The notes below the pieces were generated by a model. The model ran no database searches and had not been told where the DNA came from. It saw only the letters and a program-made list of their open reading frames with translations. 64,000 nucleotides of DNA, taken from contig NC_086110.1 in the NCBI RefSeq assembly GCF_963921235.1, positions 31,124,001 through 31,188,000 on the forward strand, read 5' to 3'. Every line of letters starts with the position of its first letter. The stretch's first letter is position 1. The translations under genes and the position numbers were made by a program. The stretch comes from Mobula hypostoma (lineage: Eukaryota). Below are positions 35,620 to 48,825 of the stretch, piece after piece.

Positions 35620-38600
35620 ATCCTCGAGGGAAGATTTGCTGGTGCTGCACAGAGGGGTTTAAACTAGTGTTGGACAGGGATGGAAACCAGAATGCCAGAA
35701 CAGATAGTGGAGAGGATGTGGAGACAGATGCTGTTAAGACCGCAGACAAAGTCGGGAATCAAAAGGTTGAGCATGGTGTGATTAATGTTCTGAGTTGAGT
35801 ATATTTCAATGCAAGAACTATTGTAGGAAATGCAGATGAACTCAGTTCATGGATCATCACATAAAATTATGATATTGTAGTCATTAGTAAAATTTGGTTG
35901 CAGGAGGGGCAGGACTGGCAGCTCAATATTCCAGGATTCTGTTGTTTCAGACATCATAGAGTAGGAGGGATTAAAAGGGGAAGGGTGGCATCACTAGTCA
36001 GGGAAAATGTCATGGTGGTGCTCAGCCAGGACAGATGGAGCGCTCGTCTAGTGAGGCTTTATGCTTGGAACTGAGGAATAAGAATATATGACTATGTTAA
36101 TGGGGCTATATTACAGACCACCCAACAGTACACGGGATTTAGAGGAACAAATTTGTAGAGAGGCCACAGACTATTGCAAGAAACATAATGTTGTTATAGT
36201 AGGTGATTTTAACTTTCCACGTACTGACTGGGACTCCTATACCATAAAAGGATGAGATGGGATAGAGTTTGTCAAAGGTGTTCAGGAAAGCTTCTTTAAT
36301 CAGTACATAGAAGCCCCAGTGAGGGAGTCTGCAATACTTGATCTCCTATCCGTGAATGAGAGAGGGCAGGTGGCAAAAGTTTGTGCCGTGGAACACTTTG
36401 TATCAAGTGATCATAATGCTATTAGTTTCAAAGTAAATATGGAAAAAAATAGACCTCATCCGTGGGTTGAAATTCTAAATTGGAGAAAGGCCAACTTTAA
36501 TGATATCAGAAAGATCTGGGAAGTGTGGATTGGGACAGGCAGTTTTCTGGCAAAGGTGTACTTGGTAAGTGGGAGGCCTTCAAAATTTTGAGAGTATACA
36601 GCTTGTATTTGCCTGTCAGAACATAAGGTAAGGATAACAGGTCTAGGGAACCTTGGTTTTCAAGAGACATTGAGGCCCTAGTTATGTAAAAAAGGAGGTA
36701 CATATTAGGTATCGGCAAATAGGACAAATGAGGTACTTATGGAGTATAAGAAATGCAAGAGAAAACTTAAAAAATAAATCAGGAGGGCTAAAATAAGGCA
36801 CAAAGTTGTCCTAGCAGACAAGGTTAAGGAGAAACTTAATGGTTTCTACAGATATGTTAAGAGCAGAAGGATTAAAAGGAACAAAATTCGTCTTCTGGAA
36901 GATCAGAGTGGTAATTTAAGCATGGAGTCAAAAGAGATGTGGGCGATCTTAAAAGGATTTTTTACATCTGTATTTACCCAGGAGACAGATACAGACTTTA
37001 TAGAAGTGAAGCAAAGCATCAGCAAGGTCATAGACCCTAGGCAGATTACTGAAGGGGAGGTGTTTGCTGTCTTGAGGCAAATGAGGGTGGATAAATCACC
37101 AGGGCCTGTCAAGATGTTCCCTCGGACCATGTGGGAGGCAAGTGCAGAAATTTCAGGAGCCCTAGCAGATATATTGGAGGATGGCTTATGTTGTTCCACT
37201 GTTTAAGGAAGGGTCTAAAAATAAGTCAGGAAGTTATAAGCTGGTGAGCTTGACATCAGTAGTGGGGAATTTATTGGAAGTATTCTCAGGGACTAGAGGT
37301 ATGAGGATTTAGATAGACTTGGGCTGATTAGACCATGGACCATAACACATAGGAGCAAAATTAAGCCTTTCAGCCCAGTGAGTGTGCTCCACCATTCTAT
37401 CATGACTGATTTATTATCTCTCTGTACCCATTTTTCACCTTCTCCCTATAACTTTCACACCCCTACCAATCAAGAAGCTGTCAACTTCCACTTTGAAAAT
37501 ACCCAATGCTAGTGACCCTTTCCAATCATCTTTGGCTAATTCCTCTCTCATGCATCTACAGTTGCCCTTACTCCACTCTAATACTGATATATCTGAATTT
37601 AGCTTCTCCCGTTCAAACACCACGCTATTCAGCACTCTATAACAAGCTCAAAGAGTTGAATCACCACAGCACTAGGGACAGTCAGCATGGCTTCATGCAT
37701 GGTTGGTCATGTCAAATCAATTTTATAGAGTTTTTTGAGGGAGTTACCAGGAAGTTGATGAAGGCAAGGCAGTGGATGTTGTCTACATGGACTTTAGCAA
37801 GGCATTTGACAAGGTTCAGGAAGGTTCAGTCGCTTGACATTCAAGATGAGGTAGTAAATTGGATTAAACATTGGCTTTGTGGGAGTAGCCAGAGAGTGGT
37901 AGTAGAAGGTTGCCTCTCTGAGTGCAGGCCTGTGACTAGTGGAGTGCCGCAGGGACTGGTGCAGGGTCCATCGTTATTTATTATATATATCAATGATCTC
38001 GATGATCTTGTGGTTAAGTGGGTCAGCAAATTTGCAGATGACACCATGTTTAGGGGTGTAATGGACAACAAGGAAAGCTATCAGAGCTTGCAGCAGGATC
38101 CAGACCAGCTGGAAAAATAGGCTGAAAAATAGTAGGTGGAATTTAATGCAGACAAGAGTGAGGTGTTGCACTTTGGGAGGCCCAACCAGGGTAGGTCTTA
38201 CACAGTGAATGGTAGGGCGCTGAGGAGTGTGGTAGAACAAAGGGATTGGGAATACAGGCCCAGAATTCATTGGTAGTCTCAGCACAGGTAGGCAGGGTCA
38301 TAAGGAAAGCTTTTGGCATATTGACCTCCATAAATCAAAGTGGAATATTATGTTGAAGTTGTATAAGCCACTGGCGAAGTCTAATTTGGAGTATTGTGTG
38401 CATTTTTTGGTCACCTACCTGCAGGAAAGATGTAAATAAGGTTGAAAGAGTACAGAGAAAATTTACGAGAGACTGGAAGACCTGAATTATAAGGAAAGGT
38501 TGAATAGGTTAGGACTTTAATCCTTGGCATGTAGAAGATTGGGGGTGATTTGATAGATGTATACAAAATTATCAGGGGTATAGGTAGAGTATTTGCAAGC

Positions 38601-38914
38601 AGTGATTTTCCACTGAGGTTGGACTACAACTCGAGGTCATGGGTTAAGCATGAAGCGTGAAACGTATAAGGGGAGCAAGAGGGAAAACTCTTGTGGGTCG
38701 TGAGAATGTGGTACAAGCTGCCAGCACAAGTGGTGCATGTGAGCTCGATTTCAACTTTTAAGCGAAGTTTGGATTGGTACTTGGATGGGAGGATTATGGA
38801 GGGCTATGGTCCGGGTGGAGGTCAATGGAACTAGGTAGTTTAAATGGTTTGTCACAGACTAGGTGTCAGTGGGCCTGTGGGCCTGTTTCTGTGCTGTACT
38901 TTTCTATGACTCTA
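35620..38914 (+). mobile_element. CR1 LINE, degenerate ORF2 and 3' UTR, with a nested antisense CR1 piece
   Basis: YFNAR, YRPPNS, GDFNFP, SSDHNAISF, KSPGP, SQHGF, SGVPQG, FADDT motifs. Confidence 0.92.
37332..37671 (-). mobile_element. Antisense CR1 insert: EN-RT linker piece fused to the 3' tail
   Basis: FEREKLNSDISVLEWSKGNCRCMREELA joined directly to LGIFKVEVDSFL and the 3' tail. It interrupts the host CR1 at gggctgatta / gggacagtcagc. Confidence 0.75.
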
Positions 38915-39965
38915 TGGCAATGGCAAAAGGAATTTGATTCTGATAGGCATATGATGCATTTTAGTGGCTCTAATAATAGTAGGACATCAAAGGGTATGGG
39001 CTGAAAGCAGGGGAGTGGGAATGACTGGAAGAATTGGATCGGCCCATGATTGAATGCCAGAGCAGACTTGACAGGCTGAATGGCCTACTTCTGCTCCTAT
39101 ATCTTATATCGTATGGACAGGTACATGAATGGTAGGGCTAAAAGGATTATTGAGAACCAAGGGGACCTTGTTGATACTGAAGATGGCAGCACAGCTAGAG
39201 AAGTGGGGAAGAAGGCTTACAAGATGCTTGTCTCATTAGCTAGAACATCAACAATAAGAGCAGGGAGGTCTTGTTTATAACTTTATAAAGCACTGGTTGG
39301 GCCACATTTGGATTATTATGTGTGTTTTTTGGTTACCGCACAATTGGAAGGACAAAATTACTCTGGAGAAGGTTAGAGGAGATTTATCAGGATGTTGTCT
39401 GAGGTGAAATATTTCATTTACAAGGAGAGACTGGATAAGCTGGATTTGTTTTCGCAGGAAATGGGGAGGACCAGATGGAGATATGCAAAATAATGTTATT
39501 GCACATTTTAAAAATCTATTCAATATATGTATACTGTAAATGATTTACTTGTTTACTTATTATTATTTTTTTTTCTCCTCTAGATTATGTATTGCATTGA
39601 ACTGCTGCTGCTAAGTTGTCAAACTTTGCATCACCTGCCGGTGATAATAAACCTGATTCTGGTTCTGATAATGAGAGGCATAAATAAGGCAGGTAGAAGG
39701 AAACTTTTCTCAGTGCTAGAGATGTCTAAGAATAGAGTGCATAGGCTTTAAAGTGAGGAGGAAGAAGTTTAGAGGGGATCTGAGGAATAATTATTTTCAT
39801 CCCGAGTGGTTGTAGATGGGAAAATATTTCCTCAAGGATGATAGAGGCAGAGCTTCACATCTGGATGAGCACTTGAATCAGTAACACTGTAGACTAAACG
39901 CTGTTAAATGGAACTGGAATGGCAAGCATGGACATGGTGGCTGAAGGGCTCGTTTCTCTGCTTAA
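38915..39965 (+). mobile_element. Older CR1 3' fragments with nested CR1 tail (~38985-39110) and Rex-type tail (~39495-39668)
   Basis: CR1 C-terminal sequence (actttataaagcactggttgggccacatttgga); Rex tail ending gtgataataaacctgattctggttctga, as at 51950-51990. Confidence 0.65.
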
Positions 39966-41757
39966 TGATCTGGCTCGAAGAGCATCAGTGGATCAATTCA
40001 CCAGGGATTTTCATCGTGATAATTCTCTTGATTTAGGCATAAGTGAAACAGTAGTGAAACCAACTGCTGCCCATTTATATTCACTGAATTTGCAATCCAT
40101 TTACTCATTTCCTAGATGTATTATTTTTGGACAGATCATTTTTTTTATATATTTCATGAATCAGATTTGCTTATTTTGTGAAGTGGAACATGATTATGAT
40201 GATTTCCAGGTTGAATGGTCCCACACCAGAAACTGGACTGGTATTTTCACTAACATTGCACTTTGTGTATTTTCTGCTACAAAAATGTACTTAATGGTGT
40301 AATTCTCCAAGCAGCACGCCTTTAGGCTCAGGGTCTTCTGATTTTTTCCAGTGGCCAGCTCACAGACCACGTAATTATTGCACAGTGTACCAATGACTGC
40401 CAAGCACTTGTGGGTACTGATGTACTTCTCAGCTTCACCTTGTTAAGTAATTACTGTGGTATCTGCATATTGGTTAATTGTTCACATATATTAGCTGCTA
40501 TATTTAACAGTTACTTTAATGCTAAAGGGGCCACTTTTACTTTATAAAATGCATCACACGGTTAGCTTGGTAAAATTGTACATAATTTGCTTCAGTTTGG
40601 TTGAAGAGTCAAATGCCTCAAATAATGCTTCACTGTACACTACAAGTCCGAATATAATACAACAGCTGTCTAGGTCAGTCTCCACCTATTCACAAGTTAG
40701 AAAGCAGCATTTTCTGCTACATTTGAATTTTTGGCAGTTATTTTACTCTTAAATATACTATACTTTTTGATGCTTAGCAATTGCAAAGTTTTACATTTTT
40801 AACTTCGCCGGGTTTTGGGGAAAATAACTTGTTTCTTCATTGGGATTGTTTTGCAATAGCTCTTCAGTTTGAGGAAGAAGAAGCTGCAAATGTGGAGAGA
40901 AGGAATTGTGCTTGTAGCTTTCTCTTAATGGAATGCAAAACCCTGCAGTTTTCCCAATAAGCAATACTTAAACAGAATGAACTTCTCTATATGAGTTTGT
41001 AACAGGGATGTTTCAATATCCGCAAGCCGCTGTTACATTTGGTACATGATTGCCTGCTGAAAGTCAGGAATCCACCCAAAAGCAAACATTGTTATTAATC
41101 CTGACTAATTTTACATGGTTACCGACCTTGTCAGGAACAGTCTTTACTCACGAAGACATCAGCAAACATTATCATTTTATTGGTTGACACAAATATCCGC
41201 AGATTAATTGTGGCCCTGGTTTGAATTGTAAAACGTTCAAGTGTTCTCTAACCTGATCGGCAGGTTACAACATTTCATTCTTGCATGGGATGCTTTCACT
41301 CACTCATGGCCTATTATGATGCTCCTGATTTCCAGGAGCTGTGTTGTCAGCCAGATTTCCTGTCCACTGATTCGTTGAGCTGCCTAGAGCAAGTGCAATT
41401 TATGTTGACAGCTCATCTATTCAATGTTAACATTGCCCAACTAAATCAGCCTAAGCAAAAAATATGGCTATGTAATGTTAATCCAAAAATTGTCATTTTG
41501 CATTCCTATACTAAAGTACGATATTTGTGCATCAGCAAATATAAAATATGAGTTTTTGTTCCCTAAGATATTTTAAGTCACTCAGTTCCAGTTGCTGCTA
41601 ATGGAAATGACTAACTCTTCCAATTTAGGAAGGTGGGCCCATGGTACCAATAAATTGACGCCGGGTAGCTGAGGATGCATCACCTATGATTTAAGCAACA
41701 TACATTAAAGTTGCTGGTGAACGCAGCAGGCCAGGCAGCATCTATAGGAAGAGGTGC

Positions 41758-41793
41758 AGTCGACATTTCAGGCCGAGACCTTTCGTCAGGACT
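41758..41793 (-). ncRNA. Minimal hammerhead motif (left arm)
   Basis: Reverse strand agtc-CTGACGA-a-aggtc tc ggcct-GAAAT-GTC-gact. C-to-T change in the ACGT palindrome. Confidence 0.7.
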
Positions 41794-42089
41794 AACTGAA
41801 GGAAGAGTGAGTAAGGGATTTGAAAGCTGGAGGGGGAGGGGGAGATGCAAAATGATAGGAGAAGACAGGAGGGGGAGGGATAGAGCCGAGAGCTGGACAG
41901 GTGATAGGCAAAAGGGGATACGAGAGGATCATGGGACAGGAGGTCCGGGAAGAAAGACAAGGGGGCGGGGTGACCCAGAGGATGGGCAAGAGGTATATTC
42001 AGAGGGACAGAGGGAGAAAAAGGAGAGTGAGAGAAAGAATGTGTGCATAAAAATGAGTAACAGATGGAGTACGAGGGGGAGGTGGGGCC

Positions 42090-42800
42090 TTAGCGGAAGT
42101 TAGAGAAGTCGATGTTCATGCCATCAGGTTGGAGGCTACCCAGACGGAATATAAGGTGTTGTTCCTCCAACCTGAGTGTGGCTTCATCTTTACAGTAGAG
42201 GAGGCCGTGGATAGACATGTCAGAATGGGAATGGGACATGGAATTAAAATGTGTGGCCACTGGGAGATTCTGCTTTCTCTGGCGGACAGAGCGTAGATGT
42301 TCAGCAAAGCGGTCTCCCAGTCTGCGTCGGGTCTCACCAATATATAAAAGGCCACATCGGGAGCACCGGACGCAGTATATCACCCCAGTCGACTCACAGG
42401 TGAAGTGATGCCTCACCTGGAAGGACTGTTTGGGGCCCTGAATGGTGGTAAGGGAGGAAGTGTAAGGGCATGTGTAGCACTTGTTCCGCTTACACGGATA
42501 AGTGCCAGGAGGGAGATCAGTGGGGAAGGATGGGGGGGACGAATGGACAAGGGAGTTGCGTAGGGAGCGATCCCTGCGGAATGCGCGGTGGGGGAGGGAA
42601 AGATGTGCTTAGTGGTGGGATCCCGTTGGAGGTGGCGGAAGTTACGGAGAATAATATGTTGGACCCGGAGGCTGGTGGGGTGGTAGGTGAGGACCAGGGG
42701 AACCCTATTCCTAGTGGGGTGGTGGGAGGATGGAGTGAGAGCAGATGTACGTGAAATGAGGGAGATGCATTTAAGAGCAGAGTTGATAGTGGAGGAAGGG
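42090..42800 (-). pseudogene. PLE C-terminal fragment with GIY-YIG endonuclease
   Basis: HFTCESTGVIYCVRCSRCGLLYIGETRRRLGDRFAEH..LEEQHLIFRLGSLQPDGMN, stop at 42090. Confidence 0.9.
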
Positions 42801-43154
42801 GCTTAAAGAAAGCCTCCAACCTGATGGCAGGAACATCGACTTCTCTAACTTCCGCTAAGGCCCCACCTCCCCCTCGTACCCCATCTGTTACTCATTTTTA
42901 TGCACACATTCTTTCTCTCACTCTCCTTTTTCTCCCTCTGTCCCTCTGAATATACCTCTTGCCCATCCTCTGGGTCACCCCGCCCCCTTGTCTTTCTTCC
43001 CGGACCTCCTGTCCCATGATCCTCTCGTATCCCCTTTTGCCAATCACCTGTCCAGCTCTCGGCTCTATCCCTCCCCCTCCTGTCTTCTCCTATCATTTTG
43101 GATCTCCCCCTCCCCCTCCCACTTTCAAATCCCTTACTCACTCTTCCTTCAGTT

Positions 43155-43190
43155 AGTCCTGACGAAGGGTCTCAGCCTGAAACGTCGACT
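43155..43190 (+). ncRNA. Minimal hammerhead motif (right arm), core intact
   Basis: agtc-CTGACGA-agggtctcagcct-GAAAC-GTC-gact, with a perfect 4-bp stem I. Confidence 0.82.
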
Positions 43191-44315
43191 GCACCTCTTC
43201 CTAGAGATGCTGCCTGGCCTGCTGCGTTCACCAGCAACTTTAATGTGTGTTGCTTGAATTTCCAGCATCTGCAGAATTCCTGTTGTTCACCTGTGATTTA
43301 TTTGCTTTTCTGTCAATGTCCAAAACCTATAATTCTATTGCTAAAAAAGAAGCAAAGACAGCACCATGGTGGTAGATATAACTGAAGATAATGGCTACGT
43401 GCAAGATTGTCGAAATGGTGTATTCCTTGAAAGAGAGTCCTACCAGCCAACAACGACTGATGACTGTGTGAATGTACCTTAACTCTGATCCATCAAAAAG
43501 CATTGGTTTATACCAATGGTTCTATTTGCATGATGCACCTGCCTTTAGTTATCCAAAAGGCCTCGGAAGGATAGTTTAAAGGATACTTCGAGGACACAAA
43601 GTCCTGGTATCTGGAGCACTCTGAAATACAGTACGTTGGGAGATTGTTTTTTCATACTTCTCAAGGTGCTAGGCTTGAGTCCACTCCACACTAATAGGGA
43701 GGGGGGCTGTTCTCTCTGGCAACTATAAGCACTGAAATGTTAGCCTGGACTTGGTTCCTGTGCATAGTGAGCATGGAACAACATTTTAAGCAAGGCTAAC
43801 CTACCATGCCCATGTGGATGAGCATTAATTATTCTGAAATCTGCAGCAAGTATGAGGACTGTGTCAATGCACATGACAGTACATCATGTGCATCATGGTT
43901 TCTCAGAACAGGATTTAAGAAAAATATTTAAAAATTTAGAAACAATTAAGTTGCCCAGATTGAACACGGGAAAATCTTTGTGAGGCTGAGAAGTGAATTG
44001 CATTCTGCAGTCCAAATATACACAGCCATTGTTTCATAAAATCATCTGCAGCTCCTTTAAATTAAAAAAACACAACACACAGATAAAGAAATCCTTTGAT
44101 CTTAGTGTTCATTGCTTTATTCAATTGGTATTGAAAATCACTACAATATTAGTCAATTATCAGTGTTTGCAATACAGTACAAAAGCCCTTAAGGGTAGAA
44201 AGAAAAAAAGTCGTGTTTTTTCATAAGATTTTTACAAATCAGTTTGATTTTTGTAAAGAAAAATTAACAATTCGTCACAAAATTCTCACCGATGAGGAAT
44301 ATTTTCCAAAACTAG

Positions 44316-44617
44316 AGGGTGGTGAATCTGTGGAATTCATTGCCACAGACAGCTGTGGAAGCCAGGTCATTGGGTATATTTAAGGAAGAAAAAGAATTTC
44401 AGGATGTATATTGTATACATTTCTCTGACATTAAATGTACCTATTGAAACCTATTGAGGTTGATAGGCTCTTGATTAATCAGGACGCCAAAGGTTACAGG
44501 GGAAGGCAGGAGAATGTGGCTGGGAGGGATGATGGTTCAGCCATGTTGGAGTGGTGGAGCAGACTCGATGGGCTAAATGGCCAAATTCTGCTCCTATTGT
44601 TTATGGTCTTATGGTCT
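44316..44617 (+). mobile_element. CR1 3' end with a ~65-bp nested retroposon tail (~44388-44455)
   Basis: gagggtggtgaatctgtggaattcattgccac..tttatggtcttatggtct. Confidence 0.8.
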
Positions 44618-45290
44618 AAAACAAAGAAGCACAATAGAAATTACGACAACTATATATCCAAAGTGCAAAAGGGGACAAATCGTGTAAATAGTTTAAAAAA
44701 GTAAACAAATAACACTTGGAGCATGAACTGCAAAGTCTTCGAAATTGAGTCCACAGCCACAGAGCCAGTTCAGTGCTAAAGCGAGTGAAGCCAATCCAGG
44801 ATCCCGATGGCTACAGGGCAATGACTGCTCCCAATGATGGCGTGGGACCCAATACTCCTGCACCTTCCGACCCATGGAAGTAGTGAGAAGAGAAGGAGAT
44901 CGGTCAAACGCACGCAGATGACGTTGAACACCTGTTGGTTTTCCACTCTCAGCCTCGACAATTTTAACGTTGGTCAGTGTTTCAATTGGTGCGGAGTAGT
45001 GGAGCTAAGCAAGGGTTCATCTTCTGCTCTCAGGGCTTTGCTCAGTGTCCACCCAGTGATGGCCGGTCTGGCTGTAGTGGCACTTTCGAGAGTTTAGCTC
45101 ACTGAATCCCCCAGGAGAATGCAAAAGTGCCAGTTTTAGTCAGTTCAAAAGTACATTCCTTAAAGGGAATTTACAGGCTGTTGACTGCAGTGATCGCAGT
45201 TCAGAAGAAGTACTGTATACCTGCTAGAATATCTTGTAGTTTTGTGAGCTGCTTACAGAAAGCATCGCAATTGGCAGCCAGCACCATCTT
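44618..45290 (-). mobile_element. Non-coding retroposon fragment (unclassified)
   Basis: Reverse strand starts aagatggtgc (as at the Rex 5' end near 19770) and ends in T-rich sequence resembling 52600-52750. Confidence 0.45.
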
Positions 45291-45303
45291 GCAAGGTCTA
45301 AAC

Positions 45304-48300
45304 CAGTGGTTCCCAAACATATTTGGGTTACTGCCCCCTTGGCTCCCAGACTACATCCCCATCCCCTTCTCCCTTTCTGTCCTTTAGATGAAAACTATAA
45401 AGAATTTTGATTTACAATGCACAGTACAAGAAAATGGGGACTGCGAACTCAAACAATGGCAAGTAATTGCAAAAATTGTTCAATTCGATTTAAAGCTACA
45501 AATGAAATTAATTCTTTCCTTAATTACAGTAAAAACAATTTTCATCACCAATTTTAGAGCATACATTAGCAGTCCAACTATACACTTCTTCATTGCTTTT
45601 TCAATGAGATAGATGGTCTTTGAGCAGATACATCACTGTCTTAACATCAGGCTGAATATCATCCAGAAGGAGTCTCAGATCCCCACATTCAGTGATTTGC
45701 TGTTTGTTTCATTGCTTTGAAAGAAGTTTGGTGACTGCTCTGAAACCACGCTTACCTAGATATGATATTGGAAAGGTAATAAAGAATAACTTGACCTTTC
45801 TCTACAGTGTAGGATAGTGTTCAGAGATTTCTTCTGCAACCAAAAGCCTTTCTGACTTTTTAAACCTCAGCTCAAAGCCATTTTGTGGCAAAATCAGTTC
45901 TTCCTCTATCCTTCCTGTTAATTTCCTTTTACGATTGTTCATGAATGGAATTATTACCCAATCTGGAATTTGGATCGAGAGAACACACTCCAATCTCTCT
46001 GACATGGTTTTATGCAGCTCACCCAGGTGGGCACAGTATACTTAAAGATTATCATCTTTCTTTCTCTTGCAACTCAGGGAGGCTCAGAAATTGGAAAAGG
46101 TTACGACGGCCAATGTTACAATTAAATAGGGTTAACTTGGACAGAATCATGTAGATAACTGGCTTGACTTTGATAACTTTTACATCAAGTATAGTTCAAA
46201 TGTGATCTATACATTTGCTGTTGATGCAACCACTGTTGCAAGAATCTCATATGGTGACGAGAGGGTGTACAGGAGTGAGATATACCAGCTAGTGGAGTGG
46301 TCTCACAGCAACAACCTTGCACTCAACATCAGTAAGACCAAAGAGCTGATTGTAGACTTCAGGAAGGGTAAGAAGAGGGAACATAGACCATAGAGGTATC
46401 ATAAGTGGAGAGCGAGCAATTTCAAATTCCTGGGTGTCAATATCTGTGAGGATCTAACCTGGTCCCAATATATCGTTGCAGCTATAAAGAAGGCAAGACA
46501 GTGGTTATATTTAATTAGAAGTTTGAAAAGATTTAGTTTATCACCTAAAACGCTCAACCTTCTACAGATGTACTGTGGAGATCATTCTGACTGGCTGCAT
46601 CACTGTTTGGTATGGGGGCTGGCTGCTGCAAAGTAAACTGCAGAGAGTGATAAAATTAGTCAGCTCCTTCGTGGGTACTAGCCTCTGTAGATCCAAGAGC
46701 GGTGCCTCAGAAGGACGGCATCAATCATTAAGGACCCCCACCACCCAGGACATGCCCTCTTCCCATTGTTACCATCAGGAAGGAGATACAGAAGCCTGAA
46801 GGCACACATTCAGCGATTCAGGAACAGCTTTTTCCCCGCCTCATCCAATTTCCACATGGACATTGAACCCATAAACACTACCTAACAATCTTTTTTAAAT
46901 TTCTGTTTTAGCGCTACTTATTTTAATTTAACTATTATATCAGAATATATATATACTTACTTTAATTCAGCTTTTCCTGTGTTTATCATGTATTGTGTTG
47001 TACTGCTGTTGCAAAGTTAACAAATTTCACATTTGCCGATGATACTAAACCTGATTGCAATTGAAAATTGATTTCATTAAACTTTGCAAATAATTTTGAC
47101 AAATTTTACTGAATGAAGCATTCAAGAATTCAAAGAATTTTATCAGTTTCCAAAAGTGCATAAAAGCATCTGGGGCCATTTCTGTTTGAAAGCTACCTGG
47201 ATTCTGAGTGCAACAGCAAGTTTTCAAACTATTCATCCTTTTTGATACAAAGCTCTTGAAATAGTCAAGAATTGAGAGCATGGGATTTGATGTTATTTAC
47301 CGCTGTGATAACAGTATTTAGTGATTTGTGCAGCCAATCACTTACCCGTAGGTTTTTTGCAAAAAGATGTCGTCGGTGAATTACACAGTGAATGGCCAAT
47401 ATGTTGGGTACAGCTTATTCCGAGAAAGTTACAACCTCACTGTGGGATCCTGTTCTTGATGGTGCCCTATCTGTTGCACAAGCAAGAATAGTCGTGAGCA
47501 GAATGTCCTTCTCTTTGAAAAATTGCTCAACAAGCCAAAATATTGTCTCCATCTTTAAATCTGTTTCTAGTTCCTTTGCAAATAACGATTCTTGAACAAT
47601 GCTTTCATCTTTCATGAAGTGAATATAACCAAGAAGCAAAGATACATTGCCTGGCAAAGTTGACTTATCCAACTGCAGAGCAGATTCTGTTGTCCTTTGC
47701 ATGTTGTACAATGTATGCTCCACATTCTCAGACATTTCATCTATTCGTCTTTAACTAAAGTTGTTGCTAAGTGGAATTGCTTTATTTATTTGGCCTGGTG
47801 ACTTATGCATATCCATACTCAGAACTTCCCTTACTGCTGGCAGATTCAGTTTTTCTCCAATTGTATGGGGCGTTCCAGATTTAGCAATGAGCAATGAAAT
47901 GATGTATGGATCACTGTTTTGTTCTGAAGTGCTGGCAAACATATTTTCAAGAGTTTTCCCTTTCTGAAAGTTTTCACAAAGTGACTGAAAATAAACCAAG
48001 TTCTTGTTTGCTTTATCAGAGTGTTTTTCTCTTCAAATGTTCAAGAAGCCTGAATAGTCTTATTTCCTCATCTGAAGAAACTTGTTTGCACAACAGACAC
48101 ATTGGCTGCTGTTGGTTGCTTGGTGGAAATCCATATTTCAGATACTCCTACTCCGCACTATACTGTCGACACTTCTTTTTTGTCTGGTCTGCTTCCGTCA
48201 TTTTCATTATGGATTAACGGCCACGGTGAATCACCTGGTGTTTAGGTCCATCCTCATGTGTTGGAATCAATAAAGGGAAAAGCAATGACATCATCATAGC

Positions 48301-48825
48301 ACAAGCAAAACCTGACTTTCTTTCTGAAGGTACATAAAGTAGGGCAGCGATATCTCGTTTGGGCCATAGGCTAGAGAACTGTGGTCAAGAACATTCGAAA
48401 GGGCAGAATCTGAATTTTACACCATTGAATGCCACACTGTATTTCACGGGAATTGTGTCACTGTGTGATTATGTGAATTGTACTACAGCAGTGAACGGCA
48501 AGAATGCATGGGCTACGCCCGGAAGTCATTTGATATCTTCAGTCCTGATTTCTCATGATATGCAAAATTTAGACCTGTCACATTGTTTTTCAATAACTAT
48601 AATGTGCTTTGAGCAACGTCTAAGAGAAGGACAGGTCAGCAATCAATTGTAATCAATTATGAGGCACCGAGGATAAAATGTTTATAATAAGTAATTTATT
48701 TATTTATTAAATGAGCTGCCTCCTAAGCTACTGAGCACCCCCCAACTGCCCCCTTTATCTTTATCTTAGATACTCTAACTGCCCCGGGGGGGGGAGTGCA
48801 ATATCACCCACTTTGGGAACCACTG
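45304..48825 (-). mobile_element. hAT DNA transposon (Charlie/Buster group) with degenerate transposase
   Basis: TIRs cagtggttcccaaa / tttgggaaccactg; perfect 8-bp TSD gtctaaac. Minus-strand KKKCRQYS..YLKYGF..PMCLLC, IAKSGTPHTIGEKL, LQLDKST, CATDRAPS, GDLRLLL. Confidence 0.95.
46187..47057 (+). mobile_element. 5'-truncated Rex1/Babar LINE nested in the hAT element
   Basis: FAVDAT (FADD position), NNLALNISKTKELIVDFRK, ILTGCITVWYG, Rex-type tail. Confidence 0.85.

Larger units (their letters stand above)
41694..43286. mobile_element. Penelope-like insertion with inverted structure: minus arm with GIY-YIG domain, plus arm duplicating the 3' end
   Basis: Arms 41693-42137 and 42811-43255 are reverse complements. 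TSD tcacctatgattta (41680-41693) / tcacctgtgattta (43287-43300). Confidence 0.95.

Noticed and set aside
39919-40440. ORFs 39919-40302 and 40194-40403 (also 28972-29352, 25290-25568) as host exons
   Set aside because: No recognisable domain and no convincing splice-site pair; lengths are within chance expectation.
45600-48210. Domesticated ZBED/SCAND3-like host gene
   Set aside because: Multiple stops and frameshifts, a LINE insertion, and intact TIRs and TSD indicate a dead transposon.
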